A DNA stretch of 64,000 bases, taken from positions 13,626 to 77,625 of the forward strand of contig JABSSL010000029.1 of assembly GCA_013214355.1 (NCBI GenBank), read 5' to 3'. The notes under the pieces were generated by a model. The model saw nothing but the letters and a program-made list of their open reading frames with translations, had not been told where the DNA came from and made no database searches. A program made the translations under genes and the position numbers. Each line of letters starts with the position of its first letter. Position 1 is the first letter of the stretch. Shown here in pieces: positions 10,577 to 19,399 of this stretch. This stretch comes from Saprospiraceae bacterium (GTDB lineage Bacteria; Bacteroidota; Bacteroidia; Chitinophagales; Saprospiraceae).

Positions 10577-11161
10577 ATGAAGAAGATATTTATCATCAAC
10601 GGACATCAATATTATCCATTTGCAGAGGGAAAGCTCAATAGGAGCTTGGTAGAAAAGGCCATGGAAACATTTGAGGCAAAGGGGTATGAAGTCAAGACGA
10701 CTTCCATGCAAAATGAATACGACGCTGATCAAGAAATCGAGAAGCATCTCTGGGCTGATATCATTTTATTACAAACACCAGTTAATTGGATGGGCCTGCC
10801 CTGGAGTTTCAAAAAATATATGGATGAGGTATACACTGCAGGAATGTTTGGCAAACTCTGCCAAGGCGACGGCAGAAGTAAGGCAGCACCGAAGAAAAAT
10901 TACGGTGCAGGCGGTACTTTGACAGACACAAAATATATGCTGTCCTTAACCTTCAACGCTCCCAAGGAAGCTTTTGACGATGAAAACGAGTACTTATTTG
11001 CTGGAAGATCTGTAGATGACCTATTGTTCCCACAGCATATGAACTTCAAGTTCTTTGGTATGCAAGCCTTGCCAACCTTCGCCTGTTACGACGTCATGAA
11101 GAACCCAGAAATCACAGAAGATTTTAAACGATTCCAAGCCCATATTGATCAACATATTTAA
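10577..11161 (+). CDS. mdaB: NAD(P)H:quinone oxidoreductase, MdaB/flavodoxin-2 family
   Basis: '[20 protein letters not shown]', 'GDGRS...YGAGG', '[10 protein letters not shown]' and 'CYDVMKNP'. Confidence 0.85.
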   Translation: MKKIFIINGHQYYPFAEGKLNRSLVEKAMETFEAKGYEVKTTSMQNEYDADQEIEKHLWADIILLQTPVNWMGLPWSFKKYMDEVYTAGMFGKLCQGDGRSKAAPKKNYGAGGTLTDTKYMLSLTFNAPKEAFDDENEYLFAGRSVDDLLFPQHMNFKFFGMQALPTFACYDVMKNPEITEDFKRFQAHIDQHI

Positions 11162-11170
11162 TCATAACCG

Positions 11171-12208
11171 ATGTTAACGAAAGTAAGATACTCCACCCGA
11201 GAGATGGTGCACTGGACGAGGTGGGAAACACTTGGGTTCTTTGTCTTTTCCGGAATAGTGGTGCTACTCTATGATACCTTCGGGCTGACTTTTCTAAATG
11301 TTCCTTGGACCCCTGTAGCCTTAATCGGTACTGCCGTTGCCTTTATGGTTGGGTTTCAAAATAATGCTGCTTATGGCCGTATTTGGGAGGCTCGTAAGAT
11401 ATGGGGAGGTATCGTAAATACCTCCCGCACCTGGGGTATGAAAACTAAGGACATGGTGACCAATGAGCATGCTCAACTACCCCTTCCAGAAGCTGAGCTA
11501 AAGGAAATCCGGAGAGTTCTGGTATATCGCCATATTGCTTGGCTCACCGCCCTCCGACACGCTATGCGGCAAACCAAAAAATGGGAGGCTTTCGAACATC
11601 ATCGCACCAATAGAGAATGGTCAAAGATCATTCATATCCCAGAAAAAATATTCAGCCTTGAAGATGACTTGTTTCATTATCTGGAAGCTGACGAATGGGA
11701 GTACATTTTAAGTAAGAAAAATAAGGCCGCTGCCACCCTATACTTACAGTCGAAGCATATTCGGGAGTTGAAAGAGAAGGGTTTGATCTGGGAATTTGCG
11801 TTTTTGGAACTTGAAAATATCTTGGAAGAACTTTTTACCCTCCAAGGAAAATCCGAACGTATCAAAAACTTTCCGTACCCTCGGCAATATGCTACACTAT
11901 CCCATCTTTTTGTCTGGATATTTTTGATTCTGTTTCCGTTTGGAATCGTTCCTGAGTTTGCCAAAATATCAAGTCATTTATCCGATAGCTTTTCTTGGAG
12001 TTGGTGTTTTACCTGGCTAGCCATTCCGTTCTGCACATTGGTATCTTGGGTATTCCATACCATGCAACGTATTGGTACGGTGGGAGAAAACCCTTTTGAA
12101 GGCTCAGCTAACGATGTCCCGATTTCTACTATCTCCAGAGGTATTGAAATTGATTTGCGGCAGCTGTTGGACGAGGATCATGCCTTGATCCCTAAGCAGT
12201 TACCGTAG
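11171..12208 (+). CDS. Bestrophin-family ion channel (possibly extends to 12229 past an in-frame TAG)
   Basis: 'GFQNNAAYGRIWEARKIWG', 'ERIKNFPYP' and 'ENPFEGSANDVPI'. Confidence 0.9.
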   Translation: MLTKVRYSTREMVHWTRWETLGFFVFSGIVVLLYDTFGLTFLNVPWTPVALIGTAVAFMVGFQNNAAYGRIWEARKIWGGIVNTSRTWGMKTKDMVTNEHAQLPLPEAELKEIRRVLVYRHIAWLTALRHAMRQTKKWEAFEHHRTNREWSKIIHIPEKIFSLEDDLFHYLEADEWEYILSKKNKAAATLYLQSKHIRELKEKGLIWEFAFLELENILEELFTLQGKSERIKNFPYPRQYATLSHLFVWIFLILFPFGIVPEFAKISSHLSDSFSWSWCFTWLAIPFCTLVSWVFHTMQRIGTVGENPFEGSANDVPISTISRGIEIDLRQLLDEDHALIPKQLP

Positions 12209-12267
12209 GAATACCATGTGCAAATGTAGATAAGGGCATGGCTGTTTTATGGGTGGCTCCTCTGAGC

Positions 12268-12450
12268 GTCACGCCAAGCTCATGCGGATTGTGGGTGGAG
12301 AACACCCGACAATGGGCAGGGAGGCGCACGCCGGGCTGTTGATGTTTGCAGGCCGGGTTCTTCATGGACACTTGGGAAAGTCACGCCAGGCTCATGTGGA
12401 TTGTGGGTGGAGAACACCCGACAATGGGCAGGGAGGGGCGCGCCGGGCCT
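12268..12450 (+). repeat. Tandem pair (~112-bp unit) of the same REP-like repeat
   Basis: Cores ATTGTGGGTGGAGAACACCCGACAAT at 12288-12313 and 12400-12425, each preceded by GTCACGCCA(A/G)GCT. Confidence 0.88.
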
Positions 12451-12463
12451 TTTAGGGAAAGCC

Positions 12464-13627
12464 TTATTCCCCAAGCTTGCCTTCCAGAGCGGCATCCACC
12501 AGATTTTCGAATTGCACCAGCAGTTTCTCATAGCTGCCGACGGTCATCGTGGTATCTGAATACCCGTTAAAACTTTGTTGCTGTAGGATGGCCATTTCAT
12601 TATCCTCATTGATGGCATTCCAAAAGATATTGGCATTTAAGTCCCAATATTCCTTCGCCTTTTCGGTAGCTGGCTCAGAAGGGACCAACATGAAGGATTT
12701 AGATTGCGTTGTTTTTTCATCAATAGGGAAAGAACATACGACCATCAGATGATCTGGCTCAATCAAAACGATAGTACTCGGAAAGATGTGAAGTAGAATA
12801 TTTGCTCCTTTTCGGAGTTCCCATTCAGCGGGAGGCGCCTCTTCCATCTTTTTTAGCGCTCTTTTCGGAAAAATGATGCTACTATGGAGCCTATTTTCCG
12901 TATTCAAACTCAGGTTATCTAAAAAATAGGGGCCAATCGTTTTTGCATGGGCAATTTTAAAGTGGTACCCTTCCAGGCCACCATCCACGAGTAACTTCCA
13001 ATTACAGTCCAAGTTGCCGGTTGTGTAATGGTAGGGATGCAAGTCGCCAAAATCAAAACCTTCGGTGATAGCATACACTTCTTGTAGCCATTCATCGATA
13101 TCAAATTTGCCTTTCGATTTAGGGTCTGGCACGACGAAGATCATCCCTAGGCGCACCCAGCTATCCAACTCGATCAAACTGTGCGTGTCCGCATTTACCC
13201 CCTCAAATCCTTGGGGGTGAAAAACTCCTTTGAGGCAGCCAGCAGTGTCGTAAGACCAGGCATGGTACGGACAGACTATGTTTCTCTTCACATGTCCTTC
13301 TTCCTCTTCCAGTAAACGTACTCCACGATGGCGACACATATTCAAGAAGGCCCGAATCTCACCATCTTTACCTTTAATCACCATGATCGGAATACCCGTT
13401 AAGTCATGTAAGAAATAATCCCCAGCATTTTTCAGCTGCGCCGCGGCACCCAACACAATTGGGTACTTCTTAAAAATGATCTCCTTTTCCTTTGCTAAAC
13501 GTTCCTTGGAGGTATACCTATCGGCATCAATCTGATGGGTGATCCCATCTGCATCTTCCTTATTTTTTTGTTTTTCAAGTGCTGAAAAGACAGATCTAAT
13601 GGTTTCTATTTGCTGCTCTTTCTTCAT
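12464..13627 (-). CDS. Rieske aromatic ring-hydroxylating oxygenase alpha subunit
   Basis: Rieske 'NMCRHRG...CPYHAWSY'; mononuclear Fe site 'NWKL...EGYH...H' and 'EDN'. Confidence 0.92.
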   Translation of the reverse strand: MKKEQQIETIRSVFSALEKQKNKEDADGITHQIDADRYTSKERLAKEKEIIFKKYPIVLGAAAQLKNAGDYFLHDLTGIPIMVIKGKDGEIRAFLNMCRHRGVRLLEEEEGHVKRNIVCPYHAWSYDTAGCLKGVFHPQGFEGVNADTHSLIELDSWVRLGMIFVVPDPKSKGKFDIDEWLQEVYAITEGFDFGDLHPYHYTTGNLDCNWKLLVDGGLEGYHFKIAHAKTIGPYFLDNLSLNTENRLHSSIIFPKRALKKMEEAPPAEWELRKGANILLHIFPSTIVLIEPDHLMVVCSFPIDEKTTQSKSFMLVPSEPATEKAKEYWDLNANIFWNAINEDNEMAILQQQSFNGYSDTTMTVGSYEKLLVQFENLVDAALEGKLGE

Positions 13628-13818
13628 GGCTTCCGATAAAATAATTGAGGAATTAAAAGCTTGGTCTCATACATTATTGGTAGCCGTAAAGCTAAGTGCA
13701 AACTCGCATTCTTCCCTTGATAAATATCAAGAAGTGCACAGATCTCATTCCAACTTGGCTAATGAGAAATCTATCAGATAGCTTGATCGGTGATAAAGCA
13801 TGGAGAAAGGCTAGAGAG

Positions 13819-13852
13819 GAAGCTGGTGCTCTATCAGCATAGCACCAGCTTC
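13819..13852 (-). terminator. Probable intrinsic terminator after the PhyH gene
   Basis: GAAGCTGGTGCT-N10-AGCACCAGCTTC, a perfect 12-bp stem. Confidence 0.7.
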
Positions 13853-13858
13853 TTTAAA

Positions 13859-14635
13859 CTATACTGCCAAGACTTCCTTAGCGGAAGGGCCTATTCGTTC
13901 TAAGGTTTCTGGAAGAATATATCGTTTCTGGTCAATTTGCTGTGACTGATCCCCTCGGCAGAAGTAGCTGTGGATGGCTCGTCTAGGAGAATCTGTGGTA
14001 TTATTAGTACCTCCATGCCAGGTATGAGAATTAAAGATAAAAACAGATCCTGCTGGGGCTTCGATAACTATTTCATCGGGGTGTGGCTGCATAGGATCAG
14101 CCATAACATCCTGTGGTAATTGAGAGCGCAAGTGAGTACCTGGCACTAAACGGGTCGCACCATTGGCCTTACTGAAATCATCTAGCAACCAAATGGAGTT
14201 ACAGACCTTATAATCACCAGGCTGTACCACCTCATGCCAATCCGCATGCATACGCTGCAATCCCATACCGGGTTTTGCGGCTCGATAATTTAGGGAAGAT
14301 AGTTTTAAATGCTGCCCTAGGACATGAGCAACCCCAGCCAGAACTCGGGGATGAGTGTAGAAGAGATCAAAAACGGGTCCCTTATTGACCAGGTCTGCCA
14401 GTCGATCTGATCCAGCTTCTTTCGGAAACCGAATATTTTTGGATTCCATCAATTCAGAACCTGCCTCTTCTCCTTCTACTTGCAGTAATTCATCGATTCT
14501 ACTTCGAATTTCTTCGATTTGCAAAGGAGATAATAATTGTCCTAAATTGAGATAACCGTTTTCGTCCAGAAATCTTTTCTCGTCTGGAGACAGGGTGTCT
14601 GCTTTGACACCTAATTGATGTAATAGATTTTGCAT
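13859..14635 (-). CDS. Phytanoyl-CoA dioxygenase (PhyH) family Fe/2OG dioxygenase
   Basis: 'FLDENGYL', HxD 'MHAD', 'NGATRLVPGTH' and 'WHGG...R'. Confidence 0.9.
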   Translation of the reverse strand: MQNLLHQLGVKADTLSPDEKRFLDENGYLNLGQLLSPLQIEEIRSRIDELLQVEGEEAGSELMESKNIRFPKEAGSDRLADLVNKGPVFDLFYTHPRVLAGVAHVLGQHLKLSSLNYRAAKPGMGLQRMHADWHEVVQPGDYKVCNSIWLLDDFSKANGATRLVPGTHLRSQLPQDVMADPMQPHPDEIVIEAPAGSVFIFNSHTWHGGTNNTTDSPRRAIHSYFCRGDQSQQIDQKRYILPETLERIGPSAKEVLAV

Positions 14636-14778
14636 GAGCTACTTGTTTAAAATTGTTGGTCAACAGCAATTCAGGTTGCTGCGTCGTTTCGTTATTGCTA
14701 TTCAAAAATAGCACAATTGTGTAGCAAATGCCAGAACTGATGTTGTACGAACTAAAGTTTTAATAGAAAGGAACGAAA

Positions 14779-15501
14779 CTAAGTTCTGTCTTTTTTAAAA
14801 GTTCTTTGACATACTGTTAAACTTATAAAGTGTTTGTTTTCCAGATTAATGGCTGGCAATGCATCAATAAAGTTGTTGTTGTCATCATAAACGTGCCACA
14901 GGATCTGATCTGGGTCAAATTTGATGATTACGTACTGTTTTTTATGCTGTAAAGTCAGATAGTAGATTTGGTTGTATAGAATGAATTGCCCGGCTGCACT
15001 TACAAATCTTACGAAGGTAAATTGACTCAGTTTTTGATACACTCTATTGGTGTCGAATCGGACTGGACAATACACCTTTGTCTTCTGTAATAATTGAGGG
15101 AAAGTCTCGATTCGAGTTTTTCCCCCTAGCCTAGGCACTGGGTAGAGTTGCCGCTGAATCCTCCTAACTTGTTCCAGCCGTTGTTTTAATTGCTGCAGAT
15201 TTGCAGCTGTTTTAACCTCAGCCCAATTCCTAGTGGTTTGCTGCATGCGTTCCACTACTGCATTGTCGGTAGGACGCCTGGGACGATTAAAGATTACTTC
15301 GATTCCTAGACCTGTTAACCATAGGGCTAGCTGGGGGATGGATTTTCTTTGAGGATCTCCTATGGGCTTACCGTTATCAACTTTGATGCTTTTGGGTTGC
15401 CCCCATTGTTGAAAAACTTCAATCAAAGCTTGCTTGATGCAGGATTCGCTAACCTGACTTATCCGTTTGTGGGGGGAAAGCGGGACTATCAATAATAGCA
15501 C
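14779..15501 (-). CDS. Transposase C-terminal part (integrase core), reached by +1 frameshift
   Basis: 'FQQWGQPKSIKVDNG' and 'PTDNAVVER' supply the remaining DDE residues. Overlaps the upstream ORF at GCT TTC CCC CCA. Confidence 0.85.
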   Translation of the reverse strand: MLLLIVPLSPHKRISQVSESCIKQALIEVFQQWGQPKSIKVDNGKPIGDPQRKSIPQLALWLTGLGIEVIFNRPRRPTDNAVVERMQQTTRNWAEVKTAANLQQLKQRLEQVRRIQRQLYPVPRLGGKTRIETFPQLLQKTKVYCPVRFDTNRVYQKLSQFTFVRFVSAAGQFILYNQIYYLTLQHKKQYVIIKFDPDQILWHVYDDNNNFIDALPAINLENKHFISLTVCQRTFKKDRT

Positions 15502-15997
15502 CTGACTTTACATCCACAATGGTAAGGTAACATGCTCTTGTATTATCTACCAAGATTAGTTTTTCTTTAGCATCAACTTGCCAACAGTCATGAGGCGCCT
15601 GAACAGGAATCAACTTTGGTTTAGCGGGAGTACTCTTTGGATGATTATATCCTTTTTTCCTGAACCAAAGCTGCATCGTTCTTGCACTAGGCAATACCAT
15701 AGTCGGATAGCGCTGCTGTAAAAGGGTTCTAATATACGGAGCACCCCATTTAGGATGACGCCGTTTTAACCACATGACACGTCTATAAATGGGATAAGCA
15801 GTCTTGACTTGCTTAGGTCCACAGTTAGAATAGTTAGGAGCTAGTCCCTTGATCCCTACTTGCTGGTAGCGTTTCCATAAATTACGTACCGTTGAATAGG
15901 ACAAGTTTTGTTCTTGAGAAATTTGCATCAACGATTTACCAGATTCTCTGTCCTTAACAATCAATTCTCGCAGATGCATAGATATAGCCTTACCCAT
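15449..15997 (-). CDS. Transposase N-terminal part (HTH, 'HPKWGA', first catalytic Asp 'WQVD')
   Basis: HTH 'SLMQIS...STVRNLWKRY', 'RRHPKWGAPYIR' and 'PHDCWQVDAKE'. Confidence 0.85.
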   Translation of the reverse strand: MGKAISMHLRELIVKDRESGKSLMQISQEQNLSYSTVRNLWKRYQQVGIKGLAPNYSNCGPKQVKTAYPIYRRVMWLKRRHPKWGAPYIRTLLQQRYPTMVLPSARTMQLWFRKKGYNHPKSTPAKPKLIPVQAPHDCWQVDAKEKLILVDNTRACYLTIVDVKSGAIIDSPAFPPQTDKSG

Positions 15998-16111
15998 AAC
16001 TACAATTTAACAGTATGTCAATGAACTAAAATTAACTAAAGTTCAAAACTTGACTTCGCATCAAGTCGCTAAAACTTTAGTTCGTGCAACATCAGTTCCC
16101 AGTCTAATCTT

Positions 16112-17146
16112 TTACAGAAAAGCATTTTGTACGCTGATAATCTCAGCCATTATACTCATCGCAATCTCCTTCGGCTTCTTGGCCTTAATGGACAATCCAA
16201 TGGGAGCCTTGATACGAGCAATCGTTTCTTCGTCAAAACCTGCTTCCTCTAAGCGCTTAACTCGCTTGGCATGCGTCTTGCGACTCCCCAAGGCTCCGAT
16301 GTAAGCCACCTCTGATGGTAGCAACAGATGCAGGGCGTTATCATCAATCTTAGGATCGTGTGATAGCACCACAGCGTAGGTATAGGCATCCAAAGTGAAG
16401 TTCGGAAGTACTTCGGCGGGATAGGCAGATAATATTTGATCTGGAGGATGTGTAAATTGTGTTTTTTCAGAAAACACGCCGCGGGGATCAATCACAATCG
16501 TCTCAAAGTCGTAGATAGAAGCCAGGCGAACTAGATCTGCCGTAATATGGGCAGCACCAATGATGAGCATTTGCGGTTTCCGTGGAAAAACCTGTGCAAA
16601 GTACTTGTCTTCTCCCTCTTCCACAATTTGATGCTTACGTTCTCGATAAGCGCGTTTCGCCTCTTCTTTCAAAGGGTTGCTAATTGCTTGTCCTGCTACG
16701 GTACCATCCGGTAAAACTACAGCATGAAACCCTTCTCCATCCACTAAGCGGCTTAATAAAATGCATGGCTCGTTTTGCTGTAAACAAGTGGATAATTGTT
16801 GCCAGGCAGCCTGTTCTGCTGGACGCGGATCAAAGGCCAAAAATCGTTCTGCAAATACTTGCATCTTCCCTCCACAACTCAATCCCACAGCCCATGCATC
16901 TTCGTCCGTGACTCCATAGGCCAACCTTTGACTTTTCCCTTCTTTGATGAGATCTACCGAAGTTTTAATTACTGCTCCTTCCACACATCCCCCACTTACT
17001 GATCCAGCCATTTCCATCTCTGAGGATACTAACATGGTAGAGCCAACGGGCCGAGGGGATGAGCCCCAGGTTTGAATTACGGTAGCAGTGGCAAATGCTT
17101 TACTATTATTTGTCCAATCCACTACAGTCGCCAACAATTCTTTCAT
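16112..17146 (-). CDS. XdhC/CoxI family molybdo-enzyme maturation factor
   Basis: 'TWGSSPRPVG', 'GSVSGGCVE', 'VGLSCGG', 'YIGALGSRKTH' and 'APIGLSI'. Confidence 0.93.
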   Translation of the reverse strand: MKELLATVVDWTNNSKAFATATVIQTWGSSPRPVGSTMLVSSEMEMAGSVSGGCVEGAVIKTSVDLIKEGKSQRLAYGVTDEDAWAVGLSCGGKMQVFAERFLAFDPRPAEQAAWQQLSTCLQQNEPCILLSRLVDGEGFHAVVLPDGTVAGQAISNPLKEEAKRAYRERKHQIVEEGEDKYFAQVFPRKPQMLIIGAAHITADLVRLASIYDFETIVIDPRGVFSEKTQFTHPPDQILSAYPAEVLPNFTLDAYTYAVVLSHDPKIDDNALHLLLPSEVAYIGALGSRKTHAKRVKRLEEAGFDEETIARIKAPIGLSIKAKKPKEIAMSIMAEIISVQNAFL

Positions 17147-17202
17147 TTTTCCGTTATTTTAGGAAATAATTTCTAATTTTAGCAAAGTTATTAATTCCGA
17201 GC

Positions 17203-17676
17203 ATGAGTACAAAAGTACAATCTTGTCATTGCAAAAAGCAAAAAGAGAAGGCAGGTTTAAATCGTAAAACAGCTACTTCTAGTCTTGGTTCAGCCTTGAT
17301 CGGAGTCCTGATTGTGCTTTTACCAAAATGTCACTTTTGTTTACTAGCTTATTCCAGCGCTATCACCTTATGTAGTGGTACTAAAATATACAATCATTCT
17401 CCTGCTTGGACGTCCTACATCTCCATCAGCCTTGCATTATTAACTCTCGCTTTAGTCCTAATCAATTACAAGGGACTTCGTACACTTTTCGCCGCTAGCT
17501 TAGTCATCATTGGGTGTCTATTGATTAGTTACAGTGAACTAAAGACCGGCGAAATAGCTTTTTATTATGGAGGGACCTTTGCTCTTTTATTTGGTGTTTG
17601 GGTAAACGGAAGCTTCTATCACTTTTTCCGTAAATTTACCGAGAAAAGGACCAAAATCACTCATACCAGTTTCTGA
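17203..17676 (+). CDS. MerC-like 4-TM membrane protein with CxxC motif
   Basis: N-terminal 'SCHCK' and 'LLPKCHFC', followed by hydrophobic helices. Confidence 0.6.
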   Translation: MSTKVQSCHCKKQKEKAGLNRKTATSSLGSALIGVLIVLLPKCHFCLLAYSSAITLCSGTKIYNHSPAWTSYISISLALLTLALVLINYKGLRTLFAASLVIIGCLLISYSELKTGEIAFYYGGTFALLFGVWVNGSFYHFFRKFTEKRTKITHTSF

Positions 17677-17699
17677 TAGAGTTAAACAAAGCGGGATCA

Positions 17700-17972
17700 A
17701 TGCAAACCATAAAATGTACTGGCGCCTTACGACGTTTTTTTCCTAATCTGAAAGATGAAGCAGTAAAGGGTTCTACGGTTGCAGAAGCCATTCAGCAATT
17801 TGAAAGCCATTATCCTGGCATCTCTGATTACCTCCTAGATGAACAAGGTGCGCTACGCAAACATGTCAATATATTTGTAGGAGGAGAACTTATCCAAGAT
17901 CGGGTTCATCTCCAGGATCCATTAAATGAAAGTAGCGAAATCCTTATCTTTCAAGCCCTTTCCGGCGGATAA
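17700..17972 (+). CDS. MoaD/ThiS ubiquitin-like sulfur carrier
   Basis: 'LDEQGALRKHVNIFV'; C-terminal 'QALSGG'. Confidence 0.92.
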   Translation: MQTIKCTGALRRFFPNLKDEAVKGSTVAEAIQQFESHYPGISDYLLDEQGALRKHVNIFVGGELIQDRVHLQDPLNESSEILIFQALSGG

Positions 17973-18001
17973 ACTTTTATTATTTCGAATAACTTCAACG
18001 C

Positions 18002-19099
18002 ATGCCTTCAGCACAATTGCTACTTGTGGGGACAAGTAAGGGACTCATTGTTTTTGAAAAAAGAGAAGCCGCTTGGACCATTAAGGATGTCCACTTTGTT
18101 GGCATGCCGGTGGCCTTGATCTATGAAGATGAGCGAACGCAAACCTGGTGGGCTGGCATCGCGCATCGACACTGGGGGCAAAAGCTGCACTATAGCAAGG
18201 ATCAAGGGAAGTCGTGGCAAGCCGTTCCTACTCCCAAATACCCGAAAGACACTTTTGTCTATCCCAACCGGGCCGCCACGCTGAAGAAGATCTGGGTCAT
18301 GCAACATGCTGGGCCAGATAAACCTGGAGGCCTATGGCTGGGCACCGAACCCGGAGGACTCTTCTACAGTGATAACCATGGACAAAGTTTTGAGTTAGTT
18401 GAAGCACTGTGGAATCATCCGAGTAGGCAAGACCAGAACCAATGGTTCGGGGCGGGAAGAGATTTTCCCTTTATCCATAGCATTGTAGTTGATCCCAGAG
18501 ATAGCAAGCATGTCTATATAGCGGTTAGTTGTGCTGGGGTATTTGAGACCAAGGATGGTGGCGCTTCATGGGAGCCTAGAAATAAAGGCTTGATCGCCGC
18601 CTACTTGCCCAATCCAGCGGCCGAAGTCGGGCATGATCCTCACCGCATGTTGCTTTGCCCTGCCGAACCAGACGTCATCTGGCAGCAAAACCACTGCGGC
18701 ATCTTTCGTTCCACTGATGCCGGATTGTCTTGGGATAATGTCACAGATTCCAACGGCTTGGCCGATTATGGCTTTGCTTTGGCCGTTGATGAAGAAGATC
18801 CTAAGCGCGCCTGGGTCATTCCCGCCATAAGTGACGAGGTGAGGGTAGCTCAAGATCTAGCGCTCTGTGTCTGTGTCACCGAAGATGGTGGCCTGAACTG
18901 GCGGGCGCTCCGAGAAGGACTACCTCAAAACCACAGCTTTGATATTGTTTTTCGCCATTCTTTTTGCAATACAGGTAGGAGACTGGCCTTTGGCTCCACA
19001 ACTGGCAACCTTTTCCTATCTGAAAACAATGGTCACAGTTGGCAATGCCTTTCTCACAACTTACCAAGAATTGACAGTCTCATCTTCACACACTCCTAA
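18002..19099 (+). CDS. BNR/Asp-box beta-propeller protein (WD40/YVTN/sialidase-like)
   Basis: Multiple SxDxGxxW Asp-boxes; 'GHDPH' and 'QQNHCG' motifs typical of the MoaD-linked propeller family. Confidence 0.85.
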   Translation: MPSAQLLLVGTSKGLIVFEKREAAWTIKDVHFVGMPVALIYEDERTQTWWAGIAHRHWGQKLHYSKDQGKSWQAVPTPKYPKDTFVYPNRAATLKKIWVMQHAGPDKPGGLWLGTEPGGLFYSDNHGQSFELVEALWNHPSRQDQNQWFGAGRDFPFIHSIVVDPRDSKHVYIAVSCAGVFETKDGGASWEPRNKGLIAAYLPNPAAEVGHDPHRMLLCPAEPDVIWQQNHCGIFRSTDAGLSWDNVTDSNGLADYGFALAVDEEDPKRAWVIPAISDEVRVAQDLALCVCVTEDGGLNWRALREGLPQNHSFDIVFRHSFCNTGRRLAFGSTTGNLFLSENNGHSWQCLSHNLPRIDSLIFTHS

Positions 19100-19300
19100 A
19101 TAAAGTCAGCTGGCCTCTTCCTATCCTACCTAATTACTCTTTTCTCTCTTGACATCCTACTTTGTCCCCACAAAGTCCATTCACCCAATCCTCCGTGTAA
19201 ACTCCTGCAAGTGTTCACAGATACCAAATTTTTCTCTTCTACTGTAAGCCATTAGGCAATTCTATGCTGTTAAAAAGGGTTTATTCCATTTTTATTCATT

Positions 19301-19322
19301 TTTTAGTAAATTTTTACTAAAA
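19301..19322. promoter_or_regulatory. Palindromic candidate operator upstream of coxM
   Basis: TTTTAGTAAA-TT-TTTACTAAAA perfect dyad, about 80 bp before coxM. Confidence 0.5.
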
Positions 19323-19399
19323 TTACATCATTATCTTTTATTCTTTCACAGAAAGCCCACTCATCCAAGCATTATTGGGCTTTTCAAATCCTTCAATAA

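Larger units (their letters stand above)
14734..16098 (-). mobile_element. IS481-like insertion sequence (~1.36 kb)
   Basis: 28-bp inverted repeats GAACTGATGTTG(T/C)ACGAACTAAAGTTTT at 14734-14761 and 16071-16098, flanked by CCA on both sides. A second subterminal IR pair lies at ~14800-14821 / ~16006-16027. Encodes an HTH plus DDE integrase-core transposase. Confidence 0.88.

Noticed and set aside
6061..12450. Repeats as a CRISPR array
   Set aside because: Only two units per locus, the inter-core sequence is itself duplicated rather than unique, and there are no cas genes.
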